A stretch of DNA of 63,984 nt, counting the filler, from Perkinsus olseni (lineage: Eukaryota), in NCBI GenBank assembly GCA_013115125.1. It is 5 parts of 5 records of this genome, joined end to end, with 100 filler letters (N's around TTAATTAATTAA, not from the genome) between each part and the next. Parts side by side here need not be neighbours in the genome. Positions count along the whole stretch, not along the records: positions 13,786 to 27,436 come from JABANN010000751.1; positions 27,537 to 41,179 come from JABANN010000752.1; 3 more parts are not named here. One strand, written 5' to 3'. Of this stretch, positions 25,827-39,153 are shown in pieces. The notes under the pieces were generated by a model. It saw nothing but the letters and a program-made list of their open reading frames with translations. It was not told the origin of the DNA and did not search any database. Every line of letters starts with the position of its first letter. Positions within the stretch are counted from its first letter, which is position 1. The position numbers were made by a program, and so were the translations under genes.

Positions 25827-27100
25827 ATGTCCAGCTCGCCAGCCGTGAAAAGAACGGCAAACCTCCATTACGCAGTGCCCGCGTTCACCCCGACGGACTT
25901 CTGCAATCCCTTGGAGCTCACTGAGGACGTCCTCATGCTCATCGCCAAGTAGGACCGCGGCTGCGTCCTATCCGTTTGGAAGCGTCTGTTGCTGAGCCCA
26001 TTCCGCTGCGTTCTACTCCTCGTAAGAGGTTCTGGTAGGTACCTCCCGTTTACTGAGCTGCTCGAAGGCTTTGCTCAAACCTGCACATTATGGTGCTTGG
26101 TTAGCAGACGCCTTCGTGAGCTGGACGGCGATGGCATGTGCATCGATATATTCTCTCATGCGCACGCAGATCTGCGGAAGCTAAGCAGGCTTTTGCCTCG
26201 CAGGCTCACGTCGTTGAGGTGACCATTGCTGATGGCTCATCCGCGAGGTTTGTTATTCCCAAGTGTTTGCTCAGAGTATCACTACCAGCTCCTGAGAGGG
26301 ATCCTTATCATCCATCATCGGAAGTCATTGAGGCCATCTCACAGCTACTTCAAAAGCTGCCCTACCTCAGAGTGCTCGAACTTTTCTCTCGGAACAAATC
26401 GGGAGCCACCATATTCGATAGTGAGTTCCCACGCTACATTCTAAGGCTGAACACGCACAGTTCCATCTTTCGCGCACCTATCGCACCTCCTGGGGAGCTC
26501 CTCTCTTCAGATCGGGCGGTCACGAGCTTCAGAGCTCGCGTCAACGTGGATGAGATGCTGACTGCTTCCGCTAACGAGAATGTCAAGGGGTTGAGGCATC
26601 TCCTCATTCACCGGTGTGATTTTGATGCAGAGCTCGGATGCAGACTGGCTGGTAATGATAGTCAAATGATAGTGAGTATCAGTGGCCCGCGGGTGCACTC
26701 CCCATTTCAGATCTTTGCCCAGCTCTGCGGACATTGTGCCTCACCGGATGCTCACCTTTGAGCCATTCTGAGTTCGATCGTCTCCCGACGGACGACCTGA
26801 AGGGCCTCACATCTCTCATGCTCGGAGGGAGTGTGCCTGGGAGTTTCGGCTTCGATGCTTGGATAAAGCGCCACCTGCTGGATCGCCAGAGTCCGTGCAA
26901 TCTCACTTATGTCGAGGTGAGGTGCGGTTTCTGCGTTAACTGTAGCGACGGCCCGCGACGGACTATGCTGCCCGATTTGCCCTACATTCTTTCCTCCTAT
27001 TTTAGGCTCGGGGATCCGACTTGGATGTTACGCTCGAGACTATGTTTGCAGTTCGGCGCTCCCGCAAGGACGTGAGGCTCGATTTCTCGATGATGGATTT
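25827..27100 (+). CDS. F-box-like/LRR-like protein, multi-exon (3' end approximate)
   Basis: LELTEDVLMLIAK/YLPFTELLEGFAQTCTLW resembles an F-box; later LRR-like segments (LPYLRVLEL, LRHLLIH, LTSLMLG). Confidence 0.5.
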
Positions 27101-27436
27101 GGTGACGACGCTCTTCAGCATTGTGGACAATATATAATTGGGTGGCAATTCTGCGTCTATAATAGATCCACTGCATGTGTCACCATCGTTGTTTATAGAA
27201 CAGTTGCTATGTGCTGATATGCATGCCCGCAACCTATGGGTGGAGCGGCTTATGAGCAATAGCTAGAAGATGCTTTCGGTGTTGGGTTTATGTTCATGTG
27301 TTAATTTCTCCTGGGAACTTTCCGAGTGTTTTGCGATGTGTGAGCTGCCCCGACTCGGGGCAGCCATGCATTCATATTGGCTTTCTGCAGCCGGATGGAT
27401 AGTAGGTATAATATTCGCATGCTATTCATAACCCCT

Positions 27437-27536
27437 NNNNNNNNNNNNNNNNNNNNNNNNNNNNNNNNNNNNNNNNNNNNTTAATTAATTAANNNNNNNN
27501 NNNNNNNNNNNNNNNNNNNNNNNNNNNNNNNNNNNN
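27437..27536. other. Assembly spacer (N run with TTAATTAATTAA linker)
   Basis: Same 100-nt spacer as at 13686. Confidence 0.98.

Positions 27537-27607
<71 letters not shown>
27537..27607. repeat. (TTG)n microsatellite at contig start
   Basis: Perfect TTG run. Confidence 0.95.
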
Positions 27608-27744
27608 ATATAAGTGTTCACTCGAAGTGGTCTAGTCATTGAGCCAGGGAACAACCTCTGAAGGAGGTGTTGAGGGACCTTGAACTGGAGGATAGCTATC
27701 CTTCTACTGCTGCTGCTGCTGCTCATATCCATGACGATGCTACT

Positions 27745-28803
27745 ACCTCTGAGGTCGGCACAGTCGGTGTATCCTCATTGTATAAGACATAACGATTATT
27801 AATGAGGTAGGCGACATAATGTGGATCTGTAGGGTGATGATGGTAGAGGGGAGGACGATCGAGCAGTGACTACCTCCAGGTGGGATTAATAATGTCTTAC
27901 TAAAGGTAATGTTATCCTTCCCCACAGATGCTCTGTCCATCAGGACAGGTCGGTGTGGTCGGGTGGTGAATGATGCTGAAGGTAAGCATGGAGAGCATCA
28001 TCATCCATAATACCACCACCAATTGTACCTAGTAAAGATACTGTAGCGATCGAGACACGGGAGGGGTCGGAGTTGCTGTGTCTCTCGATTGGTATGAGTA
28101 TCTTAGACTGAAACCTACACACAGTGGTAGTGAGGGTACTAAGGATGCTGTTGTTGTTGTTGTTGTTGTTGTTGTTGAGTAGGACCTGAAGGTGTGTAAT
28201 GAGCATCTTTCACATATCCAACAGCCACTAAAGCAGATATCATCATCATCCCAATTCATATCAGCAGTATGGTCGGTATCATCATCATCATCATCCGCTA
28301 CGACGGATACTCTCCATTCATCATCATCCTCCTCCCAATTATCAGTGCCATTCGGGCTATGATCGGTGTTGTAACGCCAGAATACAATCTCTTGAGCATC
28401 ATCATCAATCTGCTGCTGCTCACTGAGGTCTCCAAACCTCTCCCCCACCTGATCATCTGTACATTGATGACATCCTAGTCCAGTGGCACTACACTCTCTC
28501 CCTTCGCGCGTTCCCCTCCTCCTCGTCGTCGTAGCTGGTGAGGTGATGAGGTGGAGTTATGAACACCACCACGACCAGCAGTAGCAGCACCGGTAGCAAC
28601 AACAAGCTTGATAAGATCCCTCGAAGATGTTGTATGGCGCATGAGACCAAACCTGACCAATGACATTATCGTAATCAGTGTCGGCCTTCCTAGAGATGTT
28701 GATGCCAACAGCAGCAGCAGGAGCAGCATTACAGGTGTAGACACTGTATTGACTTGGTAGACTGGAATACTCGCTCATTCAATACCTCCATCAGACTAGT
28801 ATA

Positions 28804-28842
<39 letters not shown>

Positions 28843-29250
28843 CTCATCCCCAGCGAGCATGATGAAGGCTCTATTGCATTTACTGGTACCAAAGGCCTCG
28901 ATCTACAAGAGGACGTAGACTAGACTCTAGTCACTAGAGTAGACTAGCTAGAACTAACCTGAGCAAGGTCTACATGCCTCAACGTTATATGCTTCCCCAA
29001 GGAATCTAAGAGCTTTATCAAAGATGGTGTGATGGCTTTAATAGGGTTTTGTCGAAGAGAGAGGTGTAGTAGTGAAGTATTGCTGTTGATGCCTCTAGCC
29101 AAGCTATCCAATGCCTGTGGTAGGATGTAGTGACGGAGGAGGAGAAGGCGGGGCGTTCTTCTACAGCATCCGTCCTTAGATCGGTTGATTCTAGTATAAG
29201 GCTCTGTAGTAACACCATCCTGTGGACAACATTCATGATGCGTACCCGGT

Positions 29251-29289
<39 letters not shown>

Positions 29290-30819
29290 CTAATACCTTT
29301 GGGCAATAGCCCAGCCTACCAAAGACCATGTATCATCATGGAGGTTGTTATTGGATAGGTCGATATGCCTGAGTCTAGAGGTCGGATCTCTAATATAAAC
29401 CATTAAAGGCAATAAGAGGGGCGGCACCCCTGAAGGTGTGAGTCATCATTCACAGCAACATTAACAGCAGCATTACTAACCTCCAGGTGGCCTCTGCGTC
29501 AGGAGGGGTATGTCATCACTCTCCTCACTCAGCCGTTGCCAACATAGATTGTAAACCTTGTAATAATACTACTAGCAATGACGGCAGCGGTGCAGGCAGC
29601 AATAGCAGTAGGTCGCCTACTACCTTGGAGACGTACGGAATATCCTCCTCGAGTTGGAGTATTCCCCCCAAGCCTACACCTCTAAGTGTTAGATATTTGA
29701 GAGTCATAGAAGCACCGTGACAATGATAAGCATAAAGTGACTCTATAGTCTTATATGAGAGAGGTAGATCCTCTAAGGACACCTCCTCGAGGGCCTTATT
29801 GCTGTTGTATCTACGACAATAGTGCTGACACCAATCATACTCATGATGATACCACTACTTGGCCATCTCTAATATCTTAGCTACACTCATGTCTGTGAGA
29901 AAGCATCCTCCTATGATTATACGTTGTAGTTGATAACATCTGGATAGAGTCCGACGACAGACGCCTAGACATGATGATGGAAAGTGTTAGTACTGAGTGA
30001 GTGCTGCAGCAATAGCATAACCCTGGGAAGTTGGTGGTATTAGCGGTGGGGTGGTATGAGCATGATGAATAATAAGCTCATTATTGTTGATGATAGGTGG
30101 TGGTACAACAGGACAACAGCATAGCTCTTGACATACTCTATCATATGCCAGTTGTGGTGGTAAGGGTAAACCAGAGGGTGATACATCTCTACTCTCAACC
30201 ATACCAATCATCGCCCTGCTTCGGGCATCAACACTCTCCTGCTCCTCATCACCGAATGATGAATGATGATCAATATTATTCAGTATCCCCTTGAGTAAGA
30301 TACTGCAGCCGATATCTCTGTGAGTGGGGTCCACAAGGTCATCACCACCACCATCGACACCCTTGTCGTGTCTCTTCCTCCTCCTCCACCCACTCCTCTC
30401 TTCCTTAGTATTCATGCTCCTGCCATCATTCAGTGTAGAAGTTGACTGGATAAGGTCGAGGTCATGATGGTACTTCTTACGAACATCGTCTACAGGAGTG
30501 ACTTCCAATCTGATCAACATCAATCCCGTCATGATCATCATCAACAACAGCCGCCGTCGGCACCACCCTGTGGCCGTCTCATGTTGCTGATGTTGAGGAG
30601 AGTCTGAACCTCTCCTCCTCCTCCTCCTCCTACTGCTGCTATTAATGGTGAATTGATGATGAAGTAGGTCTTCGAATCCGAAACTGTTGGTATCCATTGC
30701 TGTGGTATTACTGAGTCACGAACCCGCCAGTTGGGCCACGGTGGGATCACAAACTCAACACTAATAGTGGGAGAAGTATGAGCACCAACACGACCATAAT
30801 CATCATCATCGTCATTCAT
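27745..30819 (-). CDS. Leucine-rich repeat (RNI-like) protein, multi-exon; boundaries approximate
   Basis: ALDSLARGINSNTSLLHLSLRQNPI; LGKHITLRHVDLAQ; LRHIDLSNNNL; TLKYLTLRGVGL. Confidence 0.6.
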
Positions 30820-30846
30820 GCATCATCGTTATTAAAGGTATTCGTG

Positions 30847-33271
30847 TCAATGACTCTGCGTTGTTGTTAAGCATGGATCAGTGACCTTGAGTATATCCTT
30901 TTCAGCCCTATCCAACACTCCCTTCAAACACTGCTGCCCTCCACAATTTATATTAACCCCAGCAGCGGTGAGGGAGTCTATGAGATCCTCAGCTCTGTTG
31001 AACATATCGGCTAGCTCGGTGAGATCACCATCATTAATACCCTCAACATCAGCAGCAGCAGCAGCAGATGCTACTCCAGCTACTGAGTGGACGAGGTCGA
31101 GCAAAGAAAGCATATCACAGGCCTTCTCAAAGGTCTCGGGCTCGATCCTACATAAGTTCATTTTCTTTGCATCTTCAATGAGACCTCTCAGCCTAAGTCC
31201 AACATCCTCCTTCAAGCTAGCTTCCTCTCCTCCTCCTCCTCCTCCTCCTCCTCCTCCTCCTTGTTGTTGTTGTTGGCCCTCTGTCGGCGGCGGCTGTAGG
31301 CATTTGGTAATCTCCTCAATACACCGGATTCTCTTCTGCATTAGATGACGTATATGATAACGTGAAGCCTGTGTCGTGAGGGGCTGCTGCTGCTGCTGCC
31401 CCAACTTGGTCGATACGGCAGGAGGAGGTCTCATAATAGTATTCAATTTGATAGGATAATCGATGTTACACTTCTTACACTCTTCGTTCATGCCCTCCTT
31501 AATGGTCATCGTGTCCCATTGCCTCGACTCTTGTGTCTTCGACACTTCCCTTTGCAACTCATCATCCAATACCATTCTGGTATCCACATCCAAGGACGCC
31601 TGTCTATACACATCTTCACAGACTTCAACGACTTCGCCTGTATCTTGTACAGAGTATAGGAAGCTCCGAACATTCCTGTCTGCATGATGAGCACCACCTT
31701 GGGCAACTGTAGAGGTTGATGATTCCGTCGTCTTGGGAGCATCCGAACTCGAGGAGGGTTCGCCCCTAACGCCACCACAGGTATTCAAGTATTCCTGTCT
31801 TGATCGGGCTGCCCTTCCCGCTCTGTCTGGATCTCCCTCTGCAGCAGCCCACTTAGCTCGACATAGTGTATGGAGATCTTCCTGCATAGTATCCTCGCCG
31901 AGCTCTACTGTAGTATCATGGGGGGAATAGGGAGAAGCCTGCCAATGGGCTGCCAATCTCCAATACCCCGGGGGAATATCTTCACGTCGGCTAGATGATG
32001 ATGATACTCCTTCAATAACACATTCGAGTATATAAACATTGTTAGAAGTAAGATAAAGATAAGGGAATCTGATGACATCGGCTGCTGGCCTGTCCTCAGT
32101 GGCTGCCCATACCTCGGATATGGTATCAATAGACCCACGCCAAGCATTGAGGGTACCATAACCATCAACAAAATCATCATCATCATGGGGGTCATCAGTC
32201 GAGGTGATGGTGGTCGGTGGTCTCTGGAGCAATAGTCGCCCTTTGATACGGTATGCTTCACCCCATTCCGGAGTAAACTGGATACCAATGGATAATAGTA
32301 ACGAGGATGCTTCTGGATGAGCTGTCGTGAGTATCCTTAATCTCTCACGTAGTATAGTATAATGAGGATACCTAGGTATTACGTCCTCCGCTGTCTGCCA
32401 TACAACACGATGACTCCCGTCTGAGTTGGCCATCATATTATGCAAGGTTGTACTACTATGATGGCTATCATGCATGCTAAGACTCTTTATACCAACACCG
32501 TACACCTTCATTGACTTTATAGTCTCTTGTAGACTATCAGTATCAATGATCAACATGTAGGTACCATTGGGAGGCAGGGTGTAATCGTGATGGTTGTGGA
32601 GGGGTACATTGCGGAAGATACACTCCCCAGGCAGGATAGCCCCTTCATCCTGTGGCATTCTATAACAACTAATGTATAGTGTAGAGGCAGTACTGACAGC
32701 CTCCCTAGACTCAGCGAAGATCCTCATACAACCACCGGTACTTGAATGGACAAGAGTCCGTGATAGACATTGATACCCGAGGATGCTTGGATGATGATCA
32801 GTGATATCGAGGAGGAGTACAGGCTTCTCTTCATTATCATCATCAAAACTGGTGCTGCATGATGATGATGATGACGCTGCAGCAGCAGCAGCAGCACGAT
32901 AGATATCGGAATGGACATGTATGGTGCCGTTAATGGTATAACCATCATCATCACCATCTGCCTTCATGATACATACCTGTAGTAAATGATGATGATGCTG
33001 CTGGTATGTTGATGCTGCATGATGATGTAGATGTAGGGTGATTGTACTTGGAGATAGGTCATGTATATCCATCCAGTATACCTGTTAAGGGGGTGTTGAT
33101 GTTGTTGGAATGCTGGTGGAACTACTACTACTACAGCATAGTGTGATGATGATGATGCAGCATGTTGACTTAGTTGTATAATTGGCTTGAGGGCGGTTCT
33201 AGGAATGATGATGTCATGTTCACTATCGTGTGAATCCAGGGGTTGCAGGGATGATATGACAACGACGCTGT

Positions 33272-33312
<41 letters not shown>

Positions 33313-34227
33313 GAGGAGGAGGAGTCCACTCCCTGATAAATTGATGGAGATGAGGATGGGGAGGGGAGGGCCTACATCATGAGTGCCTCCCTCCATCGCC
33401 GCCGCCGCCGATGGTGGTGTGTGGAGCTGTGCTATGAACCAGACTCCATCAGTATGAGGAGTAGTAAGAGCATCCCCTCCTGCAGGTACGTCTATCTCCA
33501 TCTGTATCTACCGCGTGTAGTGATAGCATCACCATCATCATCATTGCCCTTGTTGTTCTACGACATCGCACCTCTATGTATTGAGTATCCTCTTGTGTCC
33601 TCCTCAGTTTGATGGTATCTCTAGTTATGACATTAGAAGACCATATGGAGTATGAACCTAGGTCTTTTAAAGCAGTAATATCAATCCAGCAGGCATCCTC
33701 CTCGGGTAAGTCTCTCGATTTATCTATCATATCCTTTGTCCCTCGGGCCCTATCAGGCCCGAGGTCTAAACAATACCACTAATCTCCCTCCTCAAGGTCT
33801 CCTTATTCTTACCTCGGAGTATGCTCAGGTGTCGTGCATCTATGCGTAATGATACTGCTGCGTTCTCCTCCTCCTGCTGCTGCTGGCGGTCGATGATGAT
33901 GTTACTAGATGAGGCCCCTACCACAACTGCAATGATGAGATGTTGTATTATTGTATAGGTACCGGATAGGGAATAGCGTGAGGAGTAGGAGGAGTAGGAG
34001 GAGTAGGAGGAGCTGATGTCGTCGTGTGATGCAGTTACCTCATCATCATCATCATCATCATCATCATCAACAACACCTATTAGAGGGGCATGTTAGATGA
34101 CTATGATTGAAGTAACAGTAAGCTACTTAGACTCTCCTCCTCTTCCTCTGCTGCTACTTCGGAGTCCTCCTCGTTATCCACTAGTATCCGGCATGCTCGA
34201 CTGAATAGTAACAACGTCATCATAATA

Positions 34228-34269
<42 letters not shown>

Positions 34270-36314
34270 TGTCGTTGCTGTTGTCGCTATGCACTACCTC
34301 AATGGTCCTGATACACTCCCTGCGGGTCTCATGTTGGACTCCAGTTTAGACAACTGTAACAAGTGACATTGCCGCCGCCGCCGCCGCCGTTCATCTCCTC
34401 CACTCAATGATAATGATGATGCCTCCTCCTCCTTCTCCCCCTCCTCGTCGATATCGATATCGTCATGATGATGATGGACGATGATGCTTTCTAGACGATG
34501 GATGCTCCAACGACATGATGCCTGTTGATGATAATGCTGTTACTACACCCTACATGTCCCCCACTTGAGGTAGGATACTCCTCTGTCCTGCTCCTCCTCT
34601 TCTTGTGAGATGTAGAGGTATATTATCAATGGATAAGAATAAGCTATGCCTTGAAGATAGTTCTTGGGAGATAGCATGGGGTGATGGATTGAGGAGAGCT
34701 CTACGATGCCACCCAGTGAGAGCTGATACAACATCAAACTCAGTAATGCGATCGATATACCCACCTGCCAATGCAATGATCATCATCATTATCAGATGAG
34801 TATATCATTATTACTGAGAGAAGCGAGCTTGAGTAAAGCCTTGCACAATATGGCTGGCCAAAGGGCGCCGTCACTTGCTCGAGGGAGGAGGAGGAGGCGC
34901 GAAGCCCCTCCTCCTCCTTCTGTTGCTGAGACTGGCATCAAATCATCCACCTGATCATCATCATCATCATCATTCTGGTCATCGAGGCTCTCAGTTGCCA
35001 CCAGGCAAGACGATCATCTTACCTGTATCATCCTCCATTTACCATCATAGAATAGCTTTACTATATATCTACCATTAGGGTTCCAAATAGGATATCCGAA
35101 CACTGGCGATGAAGTAGGGATCTGATAATGGCGACGGGGGTTAGAGAGAATACTACTAACATCAGATGATCCCACCATTCCGTCATCCCCTTCACCATCC
35201 CCTTCACCATCCCTCTCCATTTCATCTAGATTAATCTGAAGCAGTAGGATGACGGAGCTGGATGATGATGATGATGATGCCCCTGATGACCTGAGGGTGT
35301 ATCAATTCCCATAGGAAGCATCCCTCTTGAATGAACTGTTGATGACGGGCAATTAATGATATGTTAGAGGCCAGCCATATACCTAGATATACCGTAGATG
35401 ATGCTGTAGAGATCGAGTAGTATAAGACTACTACTAGTGGAGGACTGCAAAGCCGCCACGTCCTCTAGTAATGCCTCGCGAGTGTAGTACTGCATCCGGG
35501 ATAGGATACCCTGCTCCTGATCTGTTACTATCATCTTCCTCTCACTACCGTCATCATCATCAGCAGCATCATCCTAGTCAACAATCACCACACTCGTCGC
35601 GATATACTCCAGCAGGTGTACGCACCTCATCATCATCATTAGCTGTGTTGTGATGTGATAATAATAACTGTTCTTCTACTGCCACATCCTAGGGAGGTAT
35701 GATCGAGTAGCTACGATGGATTCTACCTCCTATACCGTATGTGATGGCCATTCTCCAGCATCATCAGGAACATCACTTATCGGGTGGAGCAGAGTATCCT
35801 CTTCTAGATCCTCCATTAGTGTTGTGTCAGCCTATGCTCACGATCATCATCATAAAATGTACTAGACACCACTCACAGTTATACGCCTCCATCCACAGAA
35901 TGTATCCCTCATGTCTTGCGGCAGCCCCTTCTCCTGTGGTGACAGGTTTATCCTCTCCTATTAAGAGACCTCCTACCTTATCCAGTGACAGACGATCTGT
36001 GAACTTTATTTCTGATCGCCAATCCATAGCCTAAAGGAATCTGTCATACTACGACTCATACATCGTTAAGGCCCCACTTGAACTCTATCTCTGTCAAACT
36101 CTTCTAGCTGCAGAGGTATACCAGAGCTATCATCGTCTATACTCTCGGCCATGGTTTCGTGATGTTGTTGGTCGTCTAATCGTTGATGGAAGTTGCCTTC
36201 ATGCTGTACAGGGTCCCTCGGTTTATAGGTAGACACCCCCTTGATGGGTGGAGGAGGAGGAGGAGGAGGAGGAGGAGGTGCCTCTGCCTGCTTCTTCGGA
36301 TGAGGAGGCCCCAT
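30847..36314 (-). CDS. Androglobin-like calpain-domain protein, multi-exon
   Basis: YPIWNPNGRYIVKLFYDGKWRMIQV; LLLPRASDGALWPAILCKALLKLA; ITEFDVVSALTGW (calpain domain of ADGB type); late motif EDTMQEDLHTLCRAKWAAAEGDPDRAGRAARSRQEYL resembles the ADGB 'DTER..W...EPGRA.KA..AR..YL' motif. Confidence 0.75.
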
Positions 36315-36422
36315 CAGGTCGTACACTAACAGCTAGAGGGCTATGCGGGCTAGGCTACTATTCATTGATTTGATCTAATGAAATGCAACATGTTATACTA
36401 TTTCGGATGATAACAATGTGAA

Positions 36423-36540
36423 GCACGCATTCACATGTTGCACGCATGCACATGTTGCACGCATGCACATGTTGCACGCATGCATATGTTGCACGCATGC
36501 ACATGTTGCACGCATGCGCAGGCTGCACGCGTGTGCATGT
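36423..36540. repeat. 17-bp tandem repeat (CATGTTGCACGCATGCA), about 5-6 copies
   Basis: Read directly; lies between divergent genes. Confidence 0.9.
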
Positions 36541-36658
36541 AAAGTATCTTTCGCGTATCGGCGACTCTGAGAGGCAGTTTCTTCGGCATACACTGCACAA
36601 CCTCCATATGCGGGCCAAGGGTTGAGATCTCAGTTGAGATCTAATATTACTAGTACCA

Positions 36659-37696
36659 ATGGACCCATTCCACCCGTCATCATATCAGGATTATATGACA
36701 GTGGTAATAGTAGTAGTTAGACCGTTTCTACTCCTCTCTCACATCTCCACTATGTAGGAGTATATTGACGCAGGGGAGGGCGACGGTGAATGCCCTACTA
36801 CAATAATGCAGACCTGCACGCTACAACAACAACAACAACAACAACAACGGAAGAAGGATTGGAAAAAGACTCAACGATTGTGCCAACACCCCGGTATACT
36901 TGACTCTATACTACGCTTCTACCGATGAGTATACTTTCAGATGGGTGCAGTAGATTTGCCCAGGGTGCCACTCGGCTATGCATTAGTCATGGTGGGGGTA
37001 GGAGATGTAGGATGGATGAGTGTGAGAAGTCTGCTGTCGGGAAGAGTGACTATTGTGTTCGACATGGTGGTGGTAGGAGATGTGAGCATGATGGTTGTAC
37101 TAAAAGTGCTAGAGGTAGTACTATCAATAGGACCAGTATTATCGTCATCTTTTAGTCCCTAATATCTCAATGATCAGGTAAATCGGGTTCGTGCTTTGCG
37201 CATGGTGGTGGACAGAAGTGTAAGTATCGAGGATGCGGTAAGAGTGCTCAGAGACCTACCAATCTCTGTATTGCACACGGCAGCGGTGGTGGTGATGGCA
37301 GACAGGGTGGATCCCCTGAATACAATGTCCTACCACCCTCTCCCCTGCTCTTGGTCCTCAGCAACTCGTCTTTAGGTACCTACTCGAGCTCCTCAAGACT
37401 ATTGCTTTGATGATGGGAGCGTAGAGGAGGCACTATGGGAGCCATTCCCTTCACAGACTATACCAGTGCCCCTCCCCTTGGATACCAACCCAATGCTACC
37501 ACCACCACTCCCTTCTCCAATTCCGAAAGATACACTATTATATCCGAGTAGTGATCACACGACCATCCATGATGATGATTCTCCTTTACTTGATTTTCTT
37601 GCTAATTGCAGTGGTAGAAGTCTTAGGCAGATAGTCAATGACGATGAAGAAGTGTCCATGTCTCTATCATATAATCTAATGTTATCTCCCCTCTAA
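36659..37696 (+). CDS. C-x4-C..C-x2-HGGG repeat zinc-finger protein (WRKY19-like zinc-finger repeats), multi-exon
   Basis: Repeated units CQHP/DGCSRFAQGATRLCISHGGGRRC, CEKSAVGKSDYCVRHGGGRRC, CFAHGGGQKC..CIAHG. Confidence 0.85.
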
Positions 37697-37827
37697 TTAG
37701 ATATCCATTATCATCCCCTTGGACATGTGCTCTCAACAACCTGTTTCTTGCTACACTGTAGTATTGAGTAGTAATAGCACAACTTGAAAGGGGATGGAAG
37801 CAACATCTAGTCGGCATCAGTAGGTCA

Positions 37828-38909
37828 TTAGCAGTATCTTATCAGAGTAGTATCCTGTTCACTTATTAACACTTCAACATCATCATCATCCATCTCCTTC
37901 TCTATCCATGGCTTCAACCGCTGTTCTAAATAGGGTCTCTCGGTAGTAGCGTGTTCACATAATACCACAACTTTCCCTTCTTCTGCTGATGCTAGTACTT
38001 CATGATGGCTCATTTCACCAGTCCACAGTACATCGGCCTCAGTAGGGCATATAAGGCTTCCTCCACTACCACAGCATATAGCAACTGATTTACCTGAACA
38101 ACGATATCGAATCATCAATTGTAAGAAGCAGTACATGAGTACATTGCTTATCGATAGGTCCAGCTACTCTGACGATGTTAAGACCAAGATGCTTTTTGAT
38201 CCGATCTACGACCTCCTGCACTGACTGAGATTCAGTCAGTGTTATCAAACGACCAACCTGATGGGTGATGATAGTAGTAATGATGATTATCTAATGTGTG
38301 AACAGAGTGTGGGGGACTACCTCAGCCCCTTCAACCTTATCATGTTTCTCAATGCCTTCCTTCTTGGCAATGATGTCTCCAAAGGCATCACAGAGGAAGT
38401 CATTAATACCACCAGATGTGGTGTCGAGCTGGGTATGGGGACAATATAGGCTCTTACCTGATGATGATGATGATGATGTACACTAGTTGGAGGGGTGGTG
38501 TTGGAGTTACTACTACCTGCACGAGCCAAAGCCAGCAGAGCACTCTGCATCGGTACACTCTCAGTAAGAGACTTCAAAGGGCGGAAGATGGATGGGTGGT
38601 AAGACAAAACCAGATGAACCTACTATGGCAGATATGATACCCTTCCGGCCACTGCTGCTACTACCTTCTTATCAATCGCCTCTTTGGCAACCCTCTGTGT
38701 AAGATCATTACACAGCATTACCCTGAAGGGGCTGCCCTGGGTAGGGGGCACACCCTGAACATTATGCTTGGCAGGTTAGGAGGGATGATGATGCGTAGCA
38801 CTACCTCAAGTAGTAGGCCAGTGTTATCCCAAGCCTCAGCGAGTTGATGAGGGGCTATACGCACTTCGAAGATGCTAATGAAACGAGATATCCTATTCGG
38901 GGTTGTCAT
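37828..38909 (-). CDS. NIF3: NIF3/YbgI (DUF34) family protein, multi-exon
   Basis: IAPHQLAEAWDNTGLLLE; YHPSIFRPLKSL; YCPHTQLDTTSGGINDFL; VAICCGSGGS..ADVLWTGEMSHHEVL..VVLCEHATTERPYL. Confidence 0.92.
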
Positions 38910-39153
38910 GATATATGAAACAAAACCTATGAATGGGAGACCCAGGATCGATTCCCACCTTCAACACTTTACGCAGCAACAGAAATCACATGGCAGCATC
39001 AGTGTTGTTGAGAAAGTATGGTGAATCAATCTACTTGAGTTGACAAGAGATGAACATTTTGTATCGATCCAGAGGTAGTAGTAGGTTGGAGAATGGTACA
39101 AGGCTCATATTACCATCATCACTACGGCGAGATCACAGTCATCATCATCAGTA

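Noticed and set aside
6185..36314. Apparent flagellar gene cluster (IFT88 and androglobin-like)
   Set aside because: The genes lie on different, artificially joined contigs.
36358..36618. Cys/His-rich ORFs suggesting a metallothionein, or a CRISPR-like array
   Set aside because: Products of a head-to-tail 17-bp tandem repeat; no spacers and no cas genes.
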